Source: an uncultured SAR86 cluster bacterium (GTDB taxonomy: Bacteria > Pseudomonadota > Gammaproteobacteria > Magnimaribacterales > D2472). Taken from it: a DNA stretch of 64,000 bases. The DNA is taken from contig CACDCN010000001.1 of the NCBI GenBank assembly GCA_902551185.1, positions 3,049 to 67,048 of the forward strand. The letters are read 5' to 3'. Made by a program: the position numbers and the translations under genes. Below the pieces are notes generated by a model. It was not told the DNA's origin, ran no database searches, and saw only the letters and a program-made list of their open reading frames with translations. Of the stretch, positions 57,299 through 64,000 are shown piece after piece; within the stretch, counting starts at the first letter, position 1; each line of letters begins with the position of its first letter.

Positions 57299-57349
57299 TC
57301 TTATCTCTATTCTACCCAATAATTGAGTGAAAGTTACACGTATTTATCG

Positions 57350-57355
57350 TATAAT
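57350..57355 (+). promoter_or_regulatory. candidate -10 hexamer TATAAT for the plus-strand ORFan pair
   Basis: A perfect TATAAT lies about 95 nt upstream of the ATG at 57450. There is no convincing -35 element. Confidence 0.2.
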
Positions 57356-57449
57356 TAAAAGTGTACATCAAGAAATAAATTCCTTATTTCAAATTCAAAC
57401 ACATACAACAATATACCTAATTTCGGGTATGTTATTTATGGAGAAAACT

Positions 57450-57743
57450 ATGGAACAAATCTATAGAAAAGAGTTTCCCCATGGCAGTCATTCTGTCTAT
57501 GGCGAATATGGAATTAATAGAGACTTGGTTCTCAGTTCTTATCACTACGGTTCTGATGTTGAGGATTTCTGGGGTAATGATGAGTATGAATACTATCTCA
57601 TTGTCGAGAAAGATGATGTCCCTAAATTCCTTTTAGAGAGTCTAACCAAGGGTTTCAATTCTGAGGAAAAGTTTACCCTTCATGACTTAAAAGAAATGTG
57701 TGACAAAAAGGGAATCAAATATACAACAACTTCTTATGTCTAA
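57450..57743 (+). CDS. hypothetical protein (97 aa, acidic/aromatic-rich)
   Basis: The ATG at 57450 is preceded by GGAGAAAACT. The track ORF begins at a GTG at 57327, which I do not favour. No family recognised. Confidence 0.45.
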   Translation: MEQIYRKEFPHGSHSVYGEYGINRDLVLSSYHYGSDVEDFWGNDEYEYYLIVEKDDVPKFLLESLTKGFNSEEKFTLHDLKEMCDKKGIKYTTTSYV

Positions 57744-57960
57744 TTATGAAATTAGAAATGATGATGATCTAAGACTTTGGTTTAGGATTAAATCTATTGA
57801 AAAGAAAATACATAAACTTGGTCCTATGTACTCTAAAGAATTTGATTGGGTAGAGTGGGAAGGTCTTGAGGCAGAATCAGCAATATATGTTTCACAATTA
57901 TCTATTTATAAAGATGTTGTTAAAAAGATTGTTGCTAGATACAACCTTTTTAAAAAATAA
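57736..57960 (+). CDS. hypothetical protein (74 aa)
   Basis: The ATG at 57736 overlaps the upstream stop by 8 nt (ATGTCTAA), suggesting translational coupling. No family recognised. Confidence 0.42.
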   Translation: MSNYEIRNDDDLRLWFRIKSIEKKIHKLGPMYSKEFDWVEWEGLEAESAIYVSQLSIYKDVVKKIVARYNLFKK

Positions 57961-58101
57961 TCATTTTTTTAAAAACATTAATGAAGTTGTTGCTAATATA
58001 ACAAGCATCAAAATTGCAAACTGCTTTTCTTCAACGATAGCAACAACAAGAATTGCTGCTGCCCACATGATTGAATTAGAAATTAATAATTTTTTACTCA
58101 T
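57961..58101 (-). CDS. hypothetical small hydrophobic peptide (46 aa, 2 predicted TM), not in the ORF track
   Basis: Translates to MSKKLLISNSIMWAAAILVVAIVEEKQFAILMLVILATTSLMFLKK. AAGGTG lies 12 nt upstream of the ATG. Its 3' end abuts the convergent plus-strand ORF. Confidence 0.3.
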   Translation of the reverse strand: MSKKLLISNSIMWAAAILVVAIVEEKQFAILMLVILATTSLMFLKK

Positions 58102-58117
58102 ATTATGAAGACACCTT

Positions 58118-58143
58118 TATCTACTCTACAGTAACGGAGTAGA
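58118..58143. repeat. copy A of a 19-nt motif TATCTACTCTACAGTAACG, embedded in a 7-bp-stem hairpin
   Basis: TCTACTC (58120-58126) pairs with GAGTAGA (58137-58143). 17/19 identical to the copy at 58793-58811. Confidence 0.45.
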
Positions 58144-58153
58144 CATAACCAAA

Positions 58154-58354
58154 TTATATTGACTCATAATTATCTGAATAATGTTTTTCTCTCTCTTCTT
58201 TCTTCATACCAACTGTATCGTTCATAAAATTATTTCTTTCTTCTCTAGATTTGAAAACCCAAATGCAAACTGTATCACGTGAATGATAAATTGCTTTTAA
58301 CTCGTCATCTATTTCACAAATTTCTTTTGGTATTTCTGTTTTAATACAAATCAT
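58154..58354 (-). CDS. hypothetical protein (66 aa)
   Basis: ORF whose ATG overlaps the upstream stop (ATGA junction at 58351-58354). No family recognised. Confidence 0.42.
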   Translation of the reverse strand: MICIKTEIPKEICEIDDELKAIYHSRDTVCIWVFKSREERNNFMNDTVGMKKEEREKHYSDNYESI

Positions 58355-58737
58355 GACTCAAATCTTAACTTTCTGTGTATCAATATAAACAAACCTGTTC
58401 CAATTATAGTCCATAGAATATCATTCCAATCGAAGACACCTCTTCCAGGTGTAAAAATTGTAATGAACTCATTGGCAATTAATCCCGATATGGAGATTCC
58501 TACTGACCAATAGAGTCGATTTTTAAATAAAGATGAATTAGGTTTGGATACTTCTGGAATTACTACATATAACAGAGCAGGCAATCCAATTCCTGGTAAG
58601 AAATTTGGAGCAACCCCAAGAAGATAAATTATTATTCCATTAGCGCCATCGTAATTTGGTCTTATGTAATCCTGGACTATAGAAAAAAGCAAAAAAGAAA
58701 TAGCAAAAATAATGTAATAAACGAACTTTCTATTCAT
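58351..58737 (-). CDS. small integral membrane protein (4 TM; weak VanZ-like C-terminal motif)
   Basis: 128 aa. VFDWNDILWTIIGTGLFILI resembles the D..D...N..G...G end of VanZ-like proteins. The assignment is weak. Confidence 0.45.
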   Translation of the reverse strand: MNRKFVYYIIFAISFLLFSIVQDYIRPNYDGANGIIIYLLGVAPNFLPGIGLPALLYVVIPEVSKPNSSLFKNRLYWSVGISISGLIANEFITIFTPGRGVFDWNDILWTIIGTGLFILIHRKLRFES

Positions 58738-58792
58738 TTTTATGTTTTATCACTAATATTTAATATACACAATCTTGTAAAGTGGACAGTTC

Positions 58793-58811
58793 TATCTACT
58801 CAACGGTAACG
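58793..58811. repeat. copy B of the 19-nt motif (TATCTACTCAACGGTAACG)
   Basis: 17/19 identical to 58118-58136, in the same orientation and 675 bp away. An imperfect complementary arm, GAGTgcAGA, lies at 58822-58830. Confidence 0.45.
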
Positions 58812-58905
58812 AATTCATTTTGAGTGCAGAATTAAGAGTATGTCTTTTTCTAAACCCTTTGTGAAATTTTAAATAAAATTCAATTTCTTTTTTGTTCATA
58901 AAAAA

Positions 58906-59262
58906 TCAACATATCATGCAATGATCGATAAGAATTTTGCCTTCTACTTCCTTAAAAATTGCTTGATTGATCAATTCGTCATTACTTGAAGAAGTTTTTT
59001 GTTTCCAAACAATTCCAACTGAGTCGCTTCTTCTAAATAAACACACAAACTCTCTTTTAGTCCAATAAATTTTTGGTTCAATTGATAACTGTCTTTTGAG
59101 TTCTTCAGGTGTAACTATGGACTTCATTCTATTTGTGAAATACTTTGTATGCTTTTTATGGTCACCCTCATTGGAACCCTCCAAACAACTATCCATAATT
59201 GGTTCTACTATACTAAGAATTTCATCTTCACTAAGATTGGGGAGTTTCAATTCTGCACTCAA
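58906..59262 (-). CDS. hypothetical protein (118 aa) immediately downstream of glmS
   Basis: The ORF starts 2 nt after the glmS stop. It is soluble and Cys-terminated (DHCMIC). No family recognised with confidence. Confidence 0.48.
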   Translation of the reverse strand: MSAELKLPNLSEDEILSIVEPIMDSCLEGSNEGDHKKHTKYFTNRMKSIVTPEELKRQLSIEPKIYWTKREFVCLFRRSDSVGIVWKQKTSSSNDELINQAIFKEVEGKILIDHCMIC

Positions 59263-59264
59263 GA

Positions 59265-61091
59265 TTATTCAACCGTGACTGACTTAGCAAGATTTCTTGG
59301 TTGATCAATATCGGTACCCCTTAAAAGAGCAACTTCGTAGGAAAGAATTTGAAGCGGAATAGTATAAATAATTGGAGTTAAAAGAAAATCGCATTTAGGC
59401 ATACTAATAACCTGTCCTGATTTTAAATCGATTGTTATCGAAGGGTCAGCGAATACATATAGAGTTCCACCCCTAGCCTTAACTTCTTCGAGATTTGAAA
59501 CAAGCTTCTCCGCTATATCGCTTTCTGGAGCTAATGCAATAACTGGCATTTCTTCATCAATTAATGCCAAAGGTCCGTGTTTTAATTCGCCGGCCGGGTA
59601 AGCCTCAGCATGAATATAAGAGATTTCTTTAAGCTTAAGAGCGCCTTCTTTTGCAATGGGATAGAAGATACCTCTTCCTAAAAATAAAGCATTATCTTTG
59701 CTTGCTATTTCAGGCGCTATCTCAAGAATTTTGTCTTTTAATTTCAAGGTCTCATTTACAGTATCAGATAACGATCTCATTGCTGTAATAACACGAGTCC
59801 TTAATTTCGGATTTTTACCCCTACTCTTTGCAAGCGCAAGAGAAAGTAGCATTAATGCAGCTAGTTGAGTGGTAAATGCTTTGGTTGAGGCAACGCCTAT
59901 CTCGGGGCCAGCATTAGTAAAAATGGAATAGTCAGACTCTCTTGCTAAAGAGCTGGTCGGCACATTGCAAATTGTTAATGTTGATAAATAATCTTTTTCT
60001 TTTGCATATCTTAATGCGGCGAGTGTATCTGCTGTTTCTCCTGACTGAGATATTGTTACCAATAAAGAATCTTCATCGACATGTGGATTTCTATATCTAT
60101 ATTCTGAAGCATAATCAATCTGGGTTGGCAGCTCTGCGATAGCAGAAAACCAGTTTGCAGCAACCCTTCCTGCATGCAGGCTAGTTCCACAAGCAACAAT
60201 TTGGATTCTTTTTACTTTTTCAAATATTTCAGATGACCCCATACCAAAGATATTATCTAGTACATCATCGCCACCGACTCTACCATCGATAGTATTTAGA
60301 ATTGCATCAGGCTGTTCATATATTTCTTTTTCCATGAAATGTTTGTATTCGCCTTTAGAGGTTGCCTGACTGGAAATGTCAATTTGAGAAATCTCTCTTT
60401 CGACTTTATTTTTTGACTGATCATAGATTGTAAATTCTTCAGATGAGAGCTCAGCCACATCCCCATCTTCTAAGAAAATAAATTCATTTGTCAGCTGTGC
60501 TATAGCAAGAGGATCTGATGCAGCTAAAAACTCATCAGTTCCTATTCCAATTAATAGTGGTGATTTGTTTCTAGCGATAATTATATTTTTGTCATCTTCT
60601 TTATCTATTGCTGCAATTGCATAGGCACCATCAAGCTTTTCTTTAGTTAAGTACATCGAATCTATCATTGAATTACCCTTAGCTAAAAAATACTCAAGCA
60701 TATGGGCTATTAATTCTGAGTCTGTTTGAGAAGAAAAGTTATAGCCCTCCTTTTTTAAAAATTCTTTTAAATCAAGATAGTTTTCAATAATTCCATTGTG
60801 AACAATATAAACTCTTTCATTTGATTTATGAGGATGAGCGTTTTCTTCTGATGGCTCTCCATGAGTTGCCCATCTAGTATGAGCAATCCCTAGCTTACTT
60901 TTTGGCTTTTCGGAGATCATCTTTTCTTCAAGTAATTTAACTTTTCCTAGGGTTCTTAAATGGGCTATTTGATTATTCTGATGAAGTGCGATCCCGGCAG
61001 AGTCATAGCCCCGATACTCCATTTTGTGAAGCCCCTGAACAAGAAGCTTTCCTACATTTCTGTTAGAAGCAGCAGCTATGATTCCACACAT
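59265..61091 (-). CDS. glmS: glutamine--fructose-6-phosphate aminotransferase (isomerizing)
   Basis: 608 aa with the N-terminal MCGI nucleophile, two SIS domains and a C-terminal ...PRNLAKSVTVE. Confidence 0.97.
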   Translation of the reverse strand: MCGIIAAASNRNVGKLLVQGLHKMEYRGYDSAGIALHQNNQIAHLRTLGKVKLLEEKMISEKPKSKLGIAHTRWATHGEPSEENAHPHKSNERVYIVHNGIIENYLDLKEFLKKEGYNFSSQTDSELIAHMLEYFLAKGNSMIDSMYLTKEKLDGAYAIAAIDKEDDKNIIIARNKSPLLIGIGTDEFLAASDPLAIAQLTNEFIFLEDGDVAELSSEEFTIYDQSKNKVEREISQIDISSQATSKGEYKHFMEKEIYEQPDAILNTIDGRVGGDDVLDNIFGMGSSEIFEKVKRIQIVACGTSLHAGRVAANWFSAIAELPTQIDYASEYRYRNPHVDEDSLLVTISQSGETADTLAALRYAKEKDYLSTLTICNVPTSSLARESDYSIFTNAGPEIGVASTKAFTTQLAALMLLSLALAKSRGKNPKLRTRVITAMRSLSDTVNETLKLKDKILEIAPEIASKDNALFLGRGIFYPIAKEGALKLKEISYIHAEAYPAGELKHGPLALIDEEMPVIALAPESDIAEKLVSNLEEVKARGGTLYVFADPSITIDLKSGQVISMPKCDFLLTPIIYTIPLQILSYEVALLRGTDIDQPRNLAKSVTVE

Positions 61092-61093
61092 CT

Positions 61094-62449
61094 TTAGTCC
61101 TTCTTTTTAGACCAGTTTTCTTTATTGTCTTGTTTTGCCCTGCCAACACCAAGAGCATCGTCAGGCACATCTTTTGTAATAACTGATCCTGCTGCAACAT
61201 ATGCATTCGACCCAATTGTAACTGGTGCTACCAAGGAAGAGTTTGTACCAATAAAACTTTTGTCTCCAATTTTAGTTGCGTGTTTATCTTTGCCATCGTA
61301 ATTGCATGTAATAGTTCCAGCTCCAATGTTTGACTCCTCTCCAATTTCAGCATCTCCTAAATATGCGAAATGGTTTGCTTTCGAGTTTTTGCCCACTATT
61401 GTCTTTTTAGTTTCAACAAAATTGCCTATTCTTGCTCCATCATCAATATGACTTCCCTCTCTAAGACGAGCATATGGGCCAATTGAGCAATCTTTCCCTA
61501 CTTTAGATGAGACTAGATGAGAAAATGCCTCAATAGATGAGCCATCTCCAATCTCAACATCTTTAATAATAGTATTAGGCCCAATAACAACATTATTACC
61601 AAGCGTGATTTTTCCATCTAAAATTACATTTACATCTATAACACAATCTTTTCCAACAGATATTTCTCCCCTAACATCAACCCTAGACGGATCTGATAAA
61701 GTTATGCCCATTTTTAATAAATCTTCTGCTTTCATCTTTCTATAAATTTGCTCTAATTCTGCTAGCTCTGTTTTAGTATTTGCGCCTTTAACTTCATCGT
61801 TTGGCACAACACATGTTTTAATTTTAAACCCTTTTGCATTAATTATAGAAACTATATCAGTTAAATAGTATTCTTCAGCTGCATTATTATTTTTTACTTT
61901 ATTTATTGCATCCTCTAAGAGCCTTTTGTTGCAGCATAAAATCCCAGTAAAGATTTCATTAATTAGCTTGTCTTCATTAGAAGCATCTTTTTCTTCAACT
62001 ATTGCTTCTGCTAGACCATCTGAATCCTTTTTTACTCTTCCGTACCCAGCTGGTTTGTCCATAAGGGTTGTTAAAATTGTTAGGCTATCTGTGGTTGAAG
62101 TGATTAAATTTTCTAAAGTATTTTTTTGAATTAATGGAACATCTCCATATAAAACAAGAACTTTAGATTCATCTGATATTGTATCTAATGAAGATTTGAC
62201 TGCATCAGCAGTCCCAATTGCTTCTTTTTGTTCACTTATATTAATTTTGCCATTAAAGGAATTGGCTTCTTTTATTATCGACTCTTTTTCATAGCCAACC
62301 ACAAATGTCGCCTCATCTGTTATGTCTTGAACAGTTTCATAAATTCTTTTAAGCATAGAGTGTCCGCCAACTGGCTGTAGAGATTTTGCTTTAGATGAAA
62401 GCATTCTTGAGCCCTCGCCCGCAGCTAATATTACAGTATGAATTTTCAC
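61094..62449 (-). CDS. glmU: bifunctional UDP-N-acetylglucosamine pyrophosphorylase / glucosamine-1-phosphate N-acetyltransferase
   Basis: 451 aa with LAAGEGSRM and C-terminal left-handed beta-helix hexapeptide repeats. Confidence 0.95.
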   Translation of the reverse strand: MKIHTVILAAGEGSRMLSSKAKSLQPVGGHSMLKRIYETVQDITDEATFVVGYEKESIIKEANSFNGKINISEQKEAIGTADAVKSSLDTISDESKVLVLYGDVPLIQKNTLENLITSTTDSLTILTTLMDKPAGYGRVKKDSDGLAEAIVEEKDASNEDKLINEIFTGILCCNKRLLEDAINKVKNNNAAEEYYLTDIVSIINAKGFKIKTCVVPNDEVKGANTKTELAELEQIYRKMKAEDLLKMGITLSDPSRVDVRGEISVGKDCVIDVNVILDGKITLGNNVVIGPNTIIKDVEIGDGSSIEAFSHLVSSKVGKDCSIGPYARLREGSHIDDGARIGNFVETKKTIVGKNSKANHFAYLGDAEIGEESNIGAGTITCNYDGKDKHATKIGDKSFIGTNSSLVAPVTIGSNAYVAAGSVITKDVPDDALGVGRAKQDNKENWSKKKD

Positions 62450-62473
62450 AATAAATAAGGCTAAATAGATACC

Positions 62474-62887
62474 TTACTGTTTTTTGCGGAGTTTTTGAAT
62501 AGTTTTAAGTCTTGCCACTGCTTCGGCCAGTTGAGCTGATGCTTTGGCATAATCAAGCGTGGCATCTTTATTTGCTAATTCTTGCTCTGCTATTTCTTTT
62601 GCTTTTATTGCTTCAGATTCATCAAGACTGTCTGCCCTTTCTGCTGTGTCTGATAAAACAGTTACTAAATCAGGTTGCACTTCTAAAAAACCACCTGAGC
62701 AAAAGAACGCCTCTTCTTCTGATCCATTTTGAACTCTAACTGGACCAGCAGCTAAACCTGTTAAGAGTGGTGTATGTCCAGGCGCTATGCCTAGCTCGCC
62801 AAGCGTTCCTGTGGCATAGACCATAGTTGCTTCGCCAGAATAGATCTCTTCACTTGAAGAAACTATATTAATTTTAATAGTACTCAT
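62474..62887 (-). CDS. atpC: F0F1 ATP synthase subunit epsilon
   Basis: 137 aa with a beta-sandwich plus C-terminal helical hairpin. It follows atpD. Confidence 0.93.
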   Translation of the reverse strand: MSTIKINIVSSSEEIYSGEATMVYATGTLGELGIAPGHTPLLTGLAAGPVRVQNGSEEEAFFCSGGFLEVQPDLVTVLSDTAERADSLDESEAIKAKEIAEQELANKDATLDYAKASAQLAEAVARLKTIQKLRKKQ

Positions 62888-62889
62888 TG

Positions 62890-64000
<1,111 letters not shown>

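Noticed and set aside
57327-57449. GTG-initiated 41-codon N-terminal extension of the 57327..57743 track ORF.
   Set aside because: The extension translates to a low-complexity sequence. It contains a perfect TATAAT, so it is more likely leader or promoter. The ATG at 57450 has a proper GGAG RBS.
58792-58899. 35-aa basic ORF (MNKKEIEFYLKFHKGFRKRHTLNSALKMNSLPLSR) in the 168-nt gap. Its 3' end overlaps repeat copy B.
   Set aside because: There is no Shine-Dalgarno sequence, and it is very short with a composition expected from AT-rich DNA. I mention it only because it overlaps the repeat. It is not supported as a gene.
57320-59264. An actual Tn7 or Tn7-like transposon inserted at glmS.
   Set aside because: No tnsA/B/C/D/E-like ORFs, no integrase and no recognisable terminal inverted repeats. 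The first ORF starts only 2 nt after the glmS stop. Only the position, not the content, is Tn7-like.

Overview
This is an AT-rich, very gene-dense chromosomal segment of a Gammaproteobacterium. The class assignment rests on synteny: atpD-atpC-glmU-glmS, yggS-proC-yggT-metX-metW-rdgB, efp-argS-SPOR, lipB-lipA and rpoH. A streamlined marine lineage such as SAR86 is only an inference from the low GC, the compact gene packing and the TonB2-type cluster. I can support about 80 CDS. I found no rRNA, tRNA, CRISPR array, transposase, integrase or phage structural gene. Intergenic space is minimal, and many neighbouring genes overlap by 1-8 nt, including convergent pairs that share a TTAA double stop. 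Three blocks stand out. (1) 510-5749 holds a complete six-gene TonB2-type energy-transduction cluster: DUF3450, large MotA/ExbB, ExbB, ExbD, TonB and a TPR protein. (2) 8641-28351 holds housekeeping genes: efp, argS, yggS, proC, yggT, metXW, rdgB, trmB, rpoH, cysQ, yaaA, a TRAP transporter, lipAB and uvrD. (3) 28415-57319 is a long, mostly minus-strand run of oxidoreductases, hydrolases, DUF-family periplasmic proteins and small membrane proteins. This run includes a saccharopine-dehydrogenase/ALDH7 pair. It also includes a beta-helix/diheme-cytochrome pair, an FMO/fatty-acid-hydroxylase pair, and a GT-C glycosyltransferase next to an SMR protein. The parts most worth a second look are these. 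(a) A small islet of ORFans sits directly downstream of glmS (57320-59262), the attTn7-equivalent position; it has overlapping small-gene pairs, small hydrophobic peptides and a repeated 19-nt hairpin motif. (b) A 63-aa cysteine-rich protein looks like a split desulforedoxin and is coupled to an N-terminally extended BI-1 family membrane protein. (c) An exported cluster of uncharacterised proteins surrounds a diheme cytochrome c. (d) proC is interrupted by a single in-frame TGA. (e) A secreted, anchorless copy of the TonB C-terminal domain is present. I see no clearly recognisable defence, secretion or mobile system. All novelty claims here are hypotheses drawn from sequence reading alone.
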